Shown: piece by piece, positions 39,080 through 49,021 of the stretch | Layout of the letters: each line of letters opens with the position of its first letter | Position numbering within the stretch: the stretch's first letter is position 1 | Source of the DNA: a candidate division WWE3 bacterium RIFCSPHIGHO2_01_FULL_42_13 | GTDB taxonomy: Bacteria; Patescibacteriota; WWE3; UBA101185; UBA10185 | DNA length: 64,000 nt | NCBI GenBank assembly: GCA_001772625.1 | Contig: MEVA01000016.1 | Location: 67,159-131,158, forward strand | Direction of reading: 5' to 3' | Translations under genes and position numbers: made by a program | Notes under the pieces: generated by a model | Databases searched by the model: none | Told to the model about the DNA's origin: nothing | What the model saw: the letters and a program-made list of their open reading frames with translations, nothing else

Positions 39080-41205
39080 TTAACTTCCACATTTCCTAAG
39101 TAGATACTGCGCGTGCGAATATCATTAGAAATACCCACAAATGCCTTGTATGTCCCTGGCTCTACAAATTCCGGAAACCTAACCTCGTTTATTTCTGCAA
39201 AGTATCTGCCGGTAGACCACGTTTTAGGTTCTGATAGGGCAAAGGACGGTAGGTTGGGTAGTTGATAAACTTCACCGGTTTCAGCGTTTACGAAAGTAGT
39301 AAAAACTACATAATCATCCAAAGGCTTATCCACCTTTCTGATAAATGTAAATTGTGTGTTATAAGTTTGGCCGCGGACAATTTCAGATGGAATTGAGTAA
39401 TCAACAACATACAATCCCTCAAAAATCTCCAAGTTAACTTTCTCGTCAAAAACAAACGATTCCTGAATCGGCAAGGCGTCAGATTTATCATGCAGGCCAA
39501 CCCTTTCAAAAATAAACAGATTTCCGCAAGCTGTGTGCAAACGGTAATTTTCATCTTTTAAGACATTTCCAACAACCTTATTTATCACATCCTGTTCCAA
39601 ATCCAAAAGCTCAACAACTTTTAGCGAAAATACGTCCACAATCACATAATCAGCTGAATTATAAAGGGCTGGGAATATGGCGTAGGTTTCTCTCATAGAA
39701 AGGTATGCTCCTAAATAATCAGGTCCAGAAATTGAAGCGTTTTCTGGTACAAAATCTATAACCGCCCTAGCGCATTCTCTATCTCTTCTTTCAAATTCCG
39801 CAAGTCTAAACCGCTCACCAATTTCCAAATCTCTCTCTAGTACTTCTTTGCTATCCTCAAATATTGTTCGGGCAAAAGCGAGTCGGTTTAGTCTTTTCTC
39901 AACCGCCTGATTAAACCAAAGGTATATTGGGTTCCCATACGAATAAGAGAGCACTAAGTTTGAGACAACAAGTACAACGCACAGAACACCGGCGATATAA
40001 ACCCTTTTTAACTTTGAGTACGACGAAATAAGACTAGCCACATAATTTATTCCGTAAAGAGATGCTAAAAACAAAATCGGAATAATCATTGAGATTCGGT
40101 GATTAAATATTTCAGAGGTTCCGACATTTCCGCCAGTTATCGCATAGTTTATAACAAGCTCAGGAATCGCAATAACAAAAAGTGGCGGGTACAGAAGCGG
40201 CGCGTATAGCAGAGGGTCAAAGGTCATTCTCATATTTTCAGGCTTATCACCATTAAAAAGTACCCGTGCCGCTTTGCTGGGGTTTGTGATCAGACTCGTT
40301 GCAATCTCAGTATAAGAATTTCCAAGCTCTTCATACCTTCTCAAAAAGTAATTTTCGTCCCCAACGTCTTGGTCTGTATCTGCTTTGATTCCTAAATCCT
40401 GAGCAAACCTTTCATACCCTGCTATTCTCGCGGATGAGTAAGTGGGAATGATCACAAAAAAGGCTAGGACAAACCACAAAAGACTAACTACCATCATTTG
40501 CAGGCCTAACTTAGCAATTTTTGTGGAAATAAAAGATTTTATATCTTTAAATACACCGTTTCTGAAAAACAAAATAAAAAGTCCTAACATAAAAATGAAC
40601 AAAGGAAGCTCTTCTTTTCCTGACATAGTAATTACTAGCAAAATCCAAAACCAGAACATTCTTTTTTTAGAGAAATTTTGCTCATGGTGCATCTTTTCAA
40701 ATAGATAAAATGCGCCAAGGAAAAAAGGTATGGCTAGTGTAACGCCGTGAAATGCCGTCCAAGCAAGCACAAACCCCATGGCCGGATATAGCAGATAAGC
40801 CAAGCCCATCAACAACGCCAGTACTTTATTCTTCATTTCAAGTTCCGCGATTGCGTAAATTAACAGTGAGGAAAAGGTGACTATCACAAGTTGAAAGAAT
40901 ATCAAAGTTAGAGGAGACTTAAAAATAAGGAAAAACGGGAGGGCTAAAAGAATTATCGGATCCACGTGGCTCATGCCCCATCTAGGCAAATTAGTTCCAA
41001 AGTAATCAGTAAGGTACATGAACCTGCCCTGGGTAGTATTCCAAATCATTTGTGTCATATTTCCCAGGTCAAATTTCCCTAAATCAAAGTTGTTGTAGCG
41101 GAAAAGATTTATTTTCGCGGCCAGAATAAAAACACCTAAAGAATAAGCAATCAAAAATAAAAAAGGCCAATTTTTTAACATGGAGTCTTTTAATTTTATA
41201 AACAT
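39076..41205 (-). CDS. DUF2079-type GT-C membrane protein with a C-terminal Ig-like soluble domain
   Basis: FDLGNMTQMIWNT, HVDPI, FHGV, KEE. C-terminal beta-sandwich: DYVVFTTF, WSTG, PGTYKAFVG. Confidence 0.75.
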   Translation of the reverse strand: MFIKLKDSMLKNWPFLFLIAYSLGVFILAAKINLFRYNNFDLGKFDLGNMTQMIWNTTQGRFMYLTDYFGTNLPRWGMSHVDPIILLALPFFLIFKSPLTLIFFQLVIVTFSSLLIYAIAELEMKNKVLALLMGLAYLLYPAMGFVLAWTAFHGVTLAIPFFLGAFYLFEKMHHEQNFSKKRMFWFWILLVITMSGKEELPLFIFMLGLFILFFRNGVFKDIKSFISTKIAKLGLQMMVVSLLWFVLAFFVIIPTYSSARIAGYERFAQDLGIKADTDQDVGDENYFLRRYEELGNSYTEIATSLITNPSKAARVLFNGDKPENMRMTFDPLLYAPLLYPPLFVIAIPELVINYAITGGNVGTSEIFNHRISMIIPILFLASLYGINYVASLISSYSKLKRVYIAGVLCVVLVVSNLVLSYSYGNPIYLWFNQAVEKRLNRLAFARTIFEDSKEVLERDLEIGERFRLAEFERRDRECARAVIDFVPENASISGPDYLGAYLSMRETYAIFPALYNSADYVIVDVFSLKVVELLDLEQDVINKVVGNVLKDENYRLHTACGNLFIFERVGLHDKSDALPIQESFVFDEKVNLEIFEGLYVVDYSIPSEIVRGQTYNTQFTFIRKVDKPLDDYVVFTTFVNAETGEVYQLPNLPSFALSEPKTWSTGRYFAEINEVRFPEFVEPGTYKAFVGISNDIRTRSIYLGNVEVK

Positions 41206-41208
41206 ACT

Positions 41209-42405
41209 TTAGCTCTTACGAATTACTACCTTATCATAAACTTGATCAACCTTCTTGGCCATCAAATGCCACGAATAATTGCTTCTAACAAAGCCTAAAT
41301 CGGCGGAAATGCCGCTATCTAGCACCTCCTGAACTTGCTTAGCAATACTTTCCGCGGAAACTTCACGCAGATAAACCAAGCCCTCAATTTTCTGTGAAGT
41401 TTCAAAACCTGATGCGAGAGCTGGAACTCCACATGCCAAACTTTGCAATACCACTTTTGGTAAACCCTCCCAGTCAGAGGGCAGTACAAAGATATCCGCG
41501 ATTTGAAATACAATCGGAACCTGTGGGTAAGGTGTATAACCAACCCTAACTATTCTATGATCTAAATTATACTTCGAGGTAACATCTAATATTTTACTTT
41601 CGTATTCTTCGTCACCGTGAGGCCCCACCAAAAGAAGCTTGTAATTAGACGGCAAAAATCTTAACGATTCTATAAGAAGGTGAATATTCTTTCTTTCGAC
41701 AATCGCACCATTATTTAAAATTACTTTATCGTGCGGGGCAAGACCCAGCTCTCCTCGCGTCTTTACTAACTCTTCAGGCCCAATAGGTGTAAATAACTCG
41801 GTGTTTACGCCTGTTTCTACAACAAAACACTTTGAGGGATCGGTGTTGTAGTGCTTTATTGCTTCATTTTTAGTTTCCGGGCTTACAAAAATACAAGCGT
41901 CCGCGCTGCCGATAGCCCATCTATCGGACATTTGCGCAAGTGGCCAACTTAGATATCTTGAAATAGCTTTGATATTTTTATCCTGACCCTCTAATTTTTC
42001 CCACCTGCCTTTTACCGTGTTATGAAAATGGGCTATCAGGGGAACTTTGAGTTCCTTTGCTCCTGGAAGAAATTTTTTTAGGAAAAACCTATATGCATAA
42101 ATCCAAATTGCGAAGTGACCGTGCGAGTGAATCACATCAGGTCTATTTTTTAATCGCCAGAATAAGTAATAGAAAAACACAATCAGTGAAGTGGTTATAC
42201 TTAGAGTTCCCCGTAAGGGCTCACGAAGAAACGGGTGAAGTTTAGCTCCTTTTAAAGTCTCGATTGGTCCGGCAAATGGCCATCTACCGCAAAACACATC
42301 TATTTCATGCCCAAGCTTTACCTGGGCCGAAGTCATTTCATATGGAGCTGGAGCTAGGCCGTCCCATGGCGGAGGCCAGTCGTAAACAATTCTTAGAATT
42401 TTCAC
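41209..42405 (-). CDS. GT4 family glycosyltransferase
   Basis: TGVNTELF, RKNIHLLI, DIFVLPSDWEGLPKVVLQSLACGVP. Confidence 0.9.
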   Translation of the reverse strand: MKILRIVYDWPPPWDGLAPAPYEMTSAQVKLGHEIDVFCGRWPFAGPIETLKGAKLHPFLREPLRGTLSITTSLIVFFYYLFWRLKNRPDVIHSHGHFAIWIYAYRFFLKKFLPGAKELKVPLIAHFHNTVKGRWEKLEGQDKNIKAISRYLSWPLAQMSDRWAIGSADACIFVSPETKNEAIKHYNTDPSKCFVVETGVNTELFTPIGPEELVKTRGELGLAPHDKVILNNGAIVERKNIHLLIESLRFLPSNYKLLLVGPHGDEEYESKILDVTSKYNLDHRIVRVGYTPYPQVPIVFQIADIFVLPSDWEGLPKVVLQSLACGVPALASGFETSQKIEGLVYLREVSAESIAKQVQEVLDSGISADLGFVRSNYSWHLMAKKVDQVYDKVVIRKS

Positions 42406-43583
42406 AAGATAACCTCATTAAAAACTTTTTCGTACTTATCAAGCATAACATCAAGGGTGAATTCTTTTTTTGCCTTTTCGAACGCTTTTTTTCCCATCAC
42501 GTTTCGCAACTCTTCGTCTTCGGAGAGTTTAAGTATTGCGTTTTTAAGTTGGTCTACATTTCCAGATTCATAAATAATTCCCGTTACTCCATCTTCAATC
42601 CCTTCCGGAATTCCACCCATGTTTGATCCAATAACAGGAACTTGCGCAAGCATTGCTTCAACAATGCTCATTGGAAATCCCTCAACACGACGAGAAGGCA
42701 AAACGAAAATATCCGACTCTCCCAAAAGTTTCATAGATTCTTTGTGGGGAATACGGCCAAAAATATGAATCTTATCCAAAAGCTTCTTTTCTGAAACCAT
42801 CTCTTTCAACCCCATCAAGTGAGGGCCGTCTCCAACTATGGTAAGTTCGACTTTCTTGTCCCGAATCTGCCCCATCGCGACAACTAAATCAGCAAGACCC
42901 TTTGACCTGTGGATAAGTCCGACATAAAAAAGCCTAACGACCCCATCTTCTTTTTTGGTTCGTGCAATATCTTCATCAATTCCATTGTAAATAACCACAA
43001 CCTTACTTTCGTCAACAAAAGTTTCGTCAATTAAAGCCTGTCTCACAAACTTAGAAACCGCAATAACTTTATCCGAATGCAAAACAAATTCACGCTGACG
43101 GTTAAAGAAGTTAAGTAGAAAGTATGCTGTGTTGGGAATTAATTTTATGTAATCTTTTGGCGAACTTAAACTTTGCAAAAGCGTTTTGTACTCACCCGTT
43201 GTTGTTCCATGAGAAATAGAAACAACCGGAACACCCAACTCATTTTTCTTCATCACCAAACCTAACGCCGCGGAACTTTGTCCGAGAATCAAATCAAATT
43301 TTTCTTCTTTATAGGATTGTTTGAAAGCTTCTACTGAACGGTTGATCCAGTTATTCTTATCCAAATAACCAAAGCCTCCCAAGCTTCTGTAACTACAATC
43401 AATAAACTTATAGGAAACACCGTTTAATTCTTGGGAATCGGTGTTTAACTCCTGTTTGGGGGCGAAAATAGTGATTTTGTGCCCTCTTTTGGCTAAACCC
43501 TCACATAAGGCCTTATTTTGAGTCTCTAAACCCCCAAAACCCTCGTGCAAAGTTGTTTTCTTTATAAAAACGGCCACGTTCAT
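42402..43583 (-). CDS. GT4 family glycosyltransferase
   Basis: FGGLE, IYNGID, EGFPMSIVEAMLAQVPVI. Confidence 0.92.
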   Translation of the reverse strand: MNVAVFIKKTTLHEGFGGLETQNKALCEGLAKRGHKITIFAPKQELNTDSQELNGVSYKFIDCSYRSLGGFGYLDKNNWINRSVEAFKQSYKEEKFDLILGQSSAALGLVMKKNELGVPVVSISHGTTTGEYKTLLQSLSSPKDYIKLIPNTAYFLLNFFNRQREFVLHSDKVIAVSKFVRQALIDETFVDESKVVVIYNGIDEDIARTKKEDGVVRLFYVGLIHRSKGLADLVVAMGQIRDKKVELTIVGDGPHLMGLKEMVSEKKLLDKIHIFGRIPHKESMKLLGESDIFVLPSRRVEGFPMSIVEAMLAQVPVIGSNMGGIPEGIEDGVTGIIYESGNVDQLKNAILKLSEDEELRNVMGKKAFEKAKKEFTLDVMLDKYEKVFNEVIL

Positions 43584-43611
43584 GGGTTAATTGTACTATG
43601 TTAAAAGCCCC

Positions 43612-43640
43612 TAGGCATTTTTGAAGAAATGTCCTATAAT
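43612..43640 (+). promoter_or_regulatory. Sigma70-type promoter of the PGT gene
   Basis: TAGGCA-17 bp-TATAAT, with SD AAGGAGGG at 43671. Confidence 0.55.
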
Positions 43641-43682
43641 GCGGTCAGAAACACGGCACAATAATCGCCTAAGGAGGGTGAC

Positions 43683-44285
43683 ATGTACCGACGTATAAAA
43701 AGGGGTCTGGATCTCTTAGTGGCGATCCTGCTGTATGCTCTTTGGACACCTCTAAGCATTGTTCTGCTGAGGATTCCGATCAGACTTGGATCGTACGGAC
43801 ACTCCCTGCTGAAGCAAGAGCGTGTGGGTTTGAACGGTCAGAAATTCACGATCTTCAAACTCCGGACAATGTATTCCAATGCCAACGAGATAGGGAGGGC
43901 AAACGGAATACGTTCCCACGCAAAGCCCAAAGGTGATGATCCGAGAGTCACTCCGTTAGGTAAATTCCTGCGGAAAACCAGCATCGATGAGTTTCCCCAA
44001 CTGTTAAATATCATCAGGGGGGAAATGAGTTTTATCGGCCCACGTCCACCGCAACCGCACGAAATGAAAGAGTGGCGAGCCATGTATGGAAATCTTGCCA
44101 CAAAAAGGCTTGAGGTCCTTCCTGGTCTAACGGGTTGGGCGCAGGTCAACGGCAGGGACGCTCTTACACCAAAGCAACGATTGGAGCACGACGCATACTA
44201 TGTCGAAAACCAATCCTTCTGGTTGGACTTGATGATTCTTATCAAGACTATTCCAACGTTGTTCAAGTGGGAGAGTGCAAACTAA
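43683..44285 (+). CDS. Small monotopic phosphoglycosyltransferase (bacterial sugar transferase, PglC/WcaJ C-terminal type)
   Basis: KRGLD, FKLRTM, DDPRVT, KTSIDEFPQL, GEMSFIGPRP, PGLTGWAQVNGR. Confidence 0.95.
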   Translation: MYRRIKRGLDLLVAILLYALWTPLSIVLLRIPIRLGSYGHSLLKQERVGLNGQKFTIFKLRTMYSNANEIGRANGIRSHAKPKGDDPRVTPLGKFLRKTSIDEFPQLLNIIRGEMSFIGPRPPQPHEMKEWRAMYGNLATKRLEVLPGLTGWAQVNGRDALTPKQRLEHDAYYVENQSFWLDLMILIKTIPTLFKWESAN

Positions 44286-44322
44286 AAAGGCTCAATGGGA
44301 AACCAACGAGCCTTTAGTTTTT
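44286..44322. terminator. Probable bidirectional terminator between the PGT and GT4 genes
   Basis: AAAGGCTC-aa-TGG-GAAA-CCA-ac-GAGCCTTT followed by AGTTTTT. Confidence 0.65.
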
Positions 44323-44331
44323 GTGCTGAAA

Positions 44332-45498
44332 TTAAACGAGTAGACTTTCTATCTCACTAACACTTTCTTCCAAGTCAAACATCCCAACAGCCTTATTATA
44401 TGCAGCACTTGATAATGAATTTCGTAAATCCGTATCACTCAATAATTTTTTAATTGCCTCGGCTAACTTTACAGAATCTTTCTGGGGAACAATCAGCGCA
44501 TTACTTGAATTCAAGAAATCAGAAATACTTCCCGCGTCAGTTGTCACAATTGGAACCTTAAGCATTGCCGCCTCTATCAAAGAGTTTGGAACTCCATCGG
44601 CATCTCCACCTTGGGCATTAATGCTTGGCTGAACATACACATCGGCAGCGTGCAGGTACGGCAAGATCTCATTAAATGGCGTTTCCCCAAGCAGCACAAA
44701 ACTTTTCTCCAGCCCCTTCGATTTAATCAAGCTTTTTAGTTCGCCAAGTAAGGGACCACCGGCCGCAACATAAATTAAATGCGAGACCTCTTTCTTTAAA
44801 ATTTCTGAGGCCTCAATTAAATACTTGATTCCCTTCTTCTCTTCCAACCTTCCAATAGTAAAAATAAACGGCTGGTCAGGCTTTTTAAAACTCGTTCCGT
44901 TTGGTAAAGCTAAAGATTTAGGATCAACACCGTGATAAATAAGTTTTAATTTTGAATGCAGCGAGGGGTCAACTTTGGACTTAACAGACTCCAACGCATT
45001 TTTGTTACAAAAAGTTATGGATTTGGCGAGTTTTGCTTTTTTGATAATTAGATCGGGGTATTCCAAAACGTCCCGCGCGTGCCCAGAAATTACTAATGGT
45101 ACGTCAAGAAGAATTGATGCTACAAGAGCAACTGTAGAAGGTTTTGAAAGAAAATGGGAATAAATAACCTCGGGTTTGTATTGGCGGAAAATTCTTGCGT
45201 ACCCAAACCCCTTTATAAACTCATATGGTCTTAGAACTCCAACTGTTTTCCAGGCCTTAAAAACGTTCGCAGCTTTAGTCAAGAGAAGCGTCAGCCCTAT
45301 TGCGCCATCAAGAAGGTTTGCCTGCTTGTACTTAACGTGCCCTTCTAAAGTCTTCTGCGCAAAATCCAGACCCTTGTTCGGGGCAACGACCGTCAAATCA
45401 ATATTTGGGGACTTTGCCAAGCCCGCAATTTCCCGTTCAATAAACGTTTCTGAAAGCACAGGAAATGTAGGGATAAAAGCCAAAACTCGCTTTTTCAT
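44332..45498 (-). CDS. GT4 glycosyltransferase (WcaL-like)
   Basis: FPVLSETFIEREI, HARD, GRLEEKKG, DGVPNSLIEA. Confidence 0.9.
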   Translation of the reverse strand: MKKRVLAFIPTFPVLSETFIEREIAGLAKSPNIDLTVVAPNKGLDFAQKTLEGHVKYKQANLLDGAIGLTLLLTKAANVFKAWKTVGVLRPYEFIKGFGYARIFRQYKPEVIYSHFLSKPSTVALVASILLDVPLVISGHARDVLEYPDLIIKKAKLAKSITFCNKNALESVKSKVDPSLHSKLKLIYHGVDPKSLALPNGTSFKKPDQPFIFTIGRLEEKKGIKYLIEASEILKKEVSHLIYVAAGGPLLGELKSLIKSKGLEKSFVLLGETPFNEILPYLHAADVYVQPSINAQGGDADGVPNSLIEAAMLKVPIVTTDAGSISDFLNSSNALIVPQKDSVKLAEAIKKLLSDTDLRNSLSSAAYNKAVGMFDLEESVSEIESLLV

Positions 45499-45511
45499 AG
45501 TTGAATTATAC

Positions 45512-46870
45512 CTACTTTGGCAAAAGGGCGGATTTTACGTCTGTGCCGTGGTAAGCATTGGTTCTTTTCCCAACTGCATGATACTTAAAGCCCGCGCCTT
45601 CAACTTCCGCTTGATCCAGTAGGTTACGGCCATCAAAAATCGTTGGGTTTTTTAGAAGCTTTTTCACCTTCTGCAAATCCAATTCCCTAAATTCTTTCCA
45701 TTCGGTCAAAACTAAAAGCGCGTCGGCATCTTTCATGGCGTCATAGGCATCTTTTGCGTAGTGAATTCCAACATCACCAAGATAACTTCTGGCATTTTCA
45801 TTGGCTTCAGGATCGAAAACGCGCAAACTTGCACCTCTACCTCTTAGCAAATGGATTATCTTAATTGCAACTGACTCGCGAATGTCGTCCGTGTTTTCTT
45901 TAAACGCCAAACCTAAAACTGCAAAAGTTTTCCCACCTAAAGCTTCGCCCTTAAATTCCTGATAGATTTTGCTTGTGAAGGAGTGCTTCTGCAGGTCGTT
46001 CACGCGCATGACACCTCGAATGAGTGAGAAGTCGTAAGCAAAGTCTAAAGATGTACGACTCAAAGCTGCCACATCCTTAGGAAAACAGCTCCCACCATAA
46101 CCTATGCCCGCCACTAAAAACCTTGTTCCAATACGCTTATCAAGTCCCATTCCCCTTGCAACTTCCTGAACGTTGGCACCGGCCTTTTCGCACAGCTGGC
46201 CAATTTCGTTAATAAAAGAAATCTTTGTGGCAAGAAACGCATTCGCCGCGTATTTAGTCATTTCAGCCGATCTTAAATCAGTTTCCACAATCGGTGACTC
46301 TAAATGCCCGTACAACTTTCTTATAACTTTTTTCGCGCGTTCGGTTTGAGCTCCAATCACAGTTCTGTCTGTATTTTGCATATCTTCAATTGAATACCCC
46401 TCTCTTAAAAACTCAGGGTTAGAAACAACATCAAACTTCACGCCTTTTGGGGCGACACTTTGAATAACTTCCTTTACCCTTTCATTGGTACGAACAGGAA
46501 CCGTACTTTTTGTAACAACAACTGTGTATCTCCCCTTTTGAAGGTTCTTGCCTATTTCTCCCGCAACACCAAGGACATAGCTTAAATCAGCCTGACCAGA
46601 ATCTCCTTGTGGCGTACCGACGCAAATAAAGACTATATCGGCATCCTTCATCCCCTCTTTAAGCTTGGTGGTAAATTTTAATCTTCCGGCTTTAATATTT
46701 TCCAAAACAAGTTCTTCAAGTCCCGGCTCAAAAATCGGCATTTCGCCTGATTCGATTTTTTTAATTTTCTTTTCATCAATATCAACTCCAACCACTTCAT
46801 TACCCCAATCGGCAAAAACTGCCGCGCCCACCAAACCTACATAACCTGTTCCAATTACACACAACTTCAT
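45512..46870 (-). CDS. ugd: UDP-glucose 6-dehydrogenase
   Basis: IGTGYVGL, VGTP, SNPEFLREG, KYAANAFLATKISF, GYGGSCFPKD. Confidence 0.95.
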   Translation of the reverse strand: MKLCVIGTGYVGLVGAAVFADWGNEVVGVDIDEKKIKKIESGEMPIFEPGLEELVLENIKAGRLKFTTKLKEGMKDADIVFICVGTPQGDSGQADLSYVLGVAGEIGKNLQKGRYTVVVTKSTVPVRTNERVKEVIQSVAPKGVKFDVVSNPEFLREGYSIEDMQNTDRTVIGAQTERAKKVIRKLYGHLESPIVETDLRSAEMTKYAANAFLATKISFINEIGQLCEKAGANVQEVARGMGLDKRIGTRFLVAGIGYGGSCFPKDVAALSRTSLDFAYDFSLIRGVMRVNDLQKHSFTSKIYQEFKGEALGGKTFAVLGLAFKENTDDIRESVAIKIIHLLRGRGASLRVFDPEANENARSYLGDVGIHYAKDAYDAMKDADALLVLTEWKEFRELDLQKVKKLLKNPTIFDGRNLLDQAEVEGAGFKYHAVGKRTNAYHGTDVKSALLPK

Positions 46871-46881
46871 AAAACACCTTT

Positions 46882-47655
46882 CTAAAATAAATTACTTTGT
46901 TTTCTTGAGTACTTACCTTGAATATCGTTAAACTTTATTTTTAATAAATCCATAAAATTGGCGAGAGAATCTCTAACTGCATGTACTCTTTTCGTTTGAA
47001 CATATGTCCAATGAATTGGCACTTCCTTAATAGTGTAACCCCGTCTTCTGGCTACCAGCAAAACCTCCACATCAAACGCCGTAACCCTTGGAACCCTAGT
47101 CTCCGGAGTATCGGGACCAAAAAGAATCAAGTTTTCAAAAATATCGCGAGCAACTTCTCCTTTGAAAACCTTAAACCCACACTGTGTATCCCTTATGCCC
47201 GGAACCGCCAGGGCCTGCACCATCAAATTAAATGTGCGTCCCATTATATGCCTTAGGTAAGGCTCGTTGCTGCGAACCGCCCCCACACCTTCACGAGATC
47301 CCACTACCACGTCAAAATCGTGATCTTTTACCCAAACCATAAGCCGTTTCAATTCTTCGATGGGAGTGGCCGTATCGGCATCGGACATCAAAACATATTT
47401 TCCCAAAGCCATAAGCATTCCAGTTCTTACCGCAAAACCTTTTCCCTTGTGAGGATTTTTCTTTAAGATTATTTCCGGCTGATCCTGCGCAAATTTTTCT
47501 ACCACCTCTGAAGTTCCATCGGCGCTCCCATCATCTACAACAATTACTTCAAACGATATTGCAAACGTTTTCATAAAACCTATCACTTGAGTTAATGTAC
47601 TTGTAATTCCGGCCTCTTCGTTATAGGCGGGTATCACAACTGAATATTCAATCAT
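46882..47655 (-). CDS. Polyprenyl-phosphate beta-glucosyltransferase (Alg5/DPG-synthase-like GT2)
   Basis: SVVIPAYNEE, GKGFAVRTG, DAD, GSRE, DTQCGFK, FDVEVL. ATGA overlap at 47655. Confidence 0.85.
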   Translation of the reverse strand: MIEYSVVIPAYNEEAGITSTLTQVIGFMKTFAISFEVIVVDDGSADGTSEVVEKFAQDQPEIILKKNPHKGKGFAVRTGMLMALGKYVLMSDADTATPIEELKRLMVWVKDHDFDVVVGSREGVGAVRSNEPYLRHIMGRTFNLMVQALAVPGIRDTQCGFKVFKGEVARDIFENLILFGPDTPETRVPRVTAFDVEVLLVARRRGYTIKEVPIHWTYVQTKRVHAVRDSLANFMDLLKIKFNDIQGKYSRKQSNLF

Positions 47656-48773
47656 ATGTTTTTCTTTCGCCAAACTACTTTACTATAAAATATAAAGTTC
47701 CAGAGTGTTCCTATCACGACACCAATGAAAAGAGCTGCATTTGCTACAAGGGCAGTATCGGAAAACATTCTAACAGCCACGCCAATCAACCAACTCCTAA
47801 AGACAATAGGAATGTAAGAAATCAGAACATAGAGAGGAAAGGCCTTAAATTTTTCATTAACCGATTTTAATTTTTTGTCCTTAAACGACCAAGTATTGTT
47901 TAAAACAAAAGTAGTGATCATGGCAATGAAACCTGAAGCAGCGCTGGAATAATCCGAAGGTAAAATACTAATACGGAGTAAATTAAATATCAAACCATCA
48001 ACACCGAGGCCTATAAACCCTACCGTTATAAATTTAAGAAACCGCTGGCTCTCCCTTACGCGAATGAGCAAAACCACTCGCAAAGACTCCATAAAATTGT
48101 TTTGCTCCATTTTGGACTTTCCACCGTCGCGCAAACCAAACTTAACTGGAATTTCTTTCATCTTTGCCCCAAGCTTGTGAATTTTATAAAGTAGGTCAAA
48201 TTTATATGCAAACCCATTGGACATTAGAGTGCCCAAATCTATTCTGTCCAAAACGCCTTTAACTCTCGTTGCCCTGTAACCGTTGGAGAACTCTGTTTGG
48301 GAAAAAAGTCCCAAAACTATACGAGTAAATATATTCCCGCCCCAACTCAAGAATTTTCTGTAAAATGCCCACTCCCTTGGAATTCCATCCTTATCTAAGT
48401 ATCTGGAACCGATTACAAAGTCGTAACCAGCTTCAATTTCCTTAACAAACCTTGAGATGTCTTTTGGATCGTGTTGCAAGTCCGCGTCCATTTCCATAAC
48501 AACGTCTGCGCCCATCACATTTATTGCATGTTTAAACCCGTCAACGTACGCCGCCCCAAGTCCCGTTTTTTTAGTTCGCGTCAAAATGTTTACGAAAGGG
48601 TAGTTGGCTTTCAACTTTTCCAGAATGTCGCCCGTCCCATCAGGCGAACTATCGTCAACAAACAAAGCCCGCATTTCATGCGGAATATTTTTAAACTCTT
48701 CTGCCAGCAGAGGCACAAGCCTGTTGACATTTTCTGCCTCGTTGTAAGTAGGTATTATAACTATGATTTTCAT
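47652..48773 (-). CDS. Polyprenol-monophosphomannose synthase (Ppm1/DPM1-like GT2) fused to a GtrA-type flippase domain
   Basis: IIPTYNEAEN, DDSSPDGT, GLGAAY, EMDADLQH, GSRY. C-terminal RFLKFITVG...NNTWSF...WNF. Confidence 0.88.
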   Translation of the reverse strand: MKIIVIIPTYNEAENVNRLVPLLAEEFKNIPHEMRALFVDDSSPDGTGDILEKLKANYPFVNILTRTKKTGLGAAYVDGFKHAINVMGADVVMEMDADLQHDPKDISRFVKEIEAGYDFVIGSRYLDKDGIPREWAFYRKFLSWGGNIFTRIVLGLFSQTEFSNGYRATRVKGVLDRIDLGTLMSNGFAYKFDLLYKIHKLGAKMKEIPVKFGLRDGGKSKMEQNNFMESLRVVLLIRVRESQRFLKFITVGFIGLGVDGLIFNLLRISILPSDYSSAASGFIAMITTFVLNNTWSFKDKKLKSVNEKFKAFPLYVLISYIPIVFRSWLIGVAVRMFSDTALVANAALFIGVVIGTLWNFIFYSKVVWRKKNI

Positions 48774-49021
48774 AATGTTATGGAAGTTAAGAGTAGCAGG
48801 AAGATTAAACTGCCAACCAGAATATACTCCAAGGCAATCAATCTGGACAGGCGCCCCCTAACAGCATGGTGAATTATGCCCCAGCCAATATAGTAGATGC
48901 AACCCATTCCTGCAACTACAGCTTGAGCCGTGGAGTTAAATCTAAAATACACAAAAAAGAAGGCTGAAACCAAAATCCCAAAAAGAAGAATTGCAAAATG
49001 TAATAAGTACTTGTCTTTCAT
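48770..49021 (-). CDS. Small 3-TM membrane protein (83 aa)
   Basis: ATGA overlaps on both sides; YIGWGIIHH...ALEY pattern. Confidence 0.7.
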   Translation of the reverse strand: MKDKYLLHFAILLFGILVSAFFFVYFRFNSTAQAVVAGMGCIYYIGWGIIHHAVRGRLSRLIALEYILVGSLIFLLLLTSITL

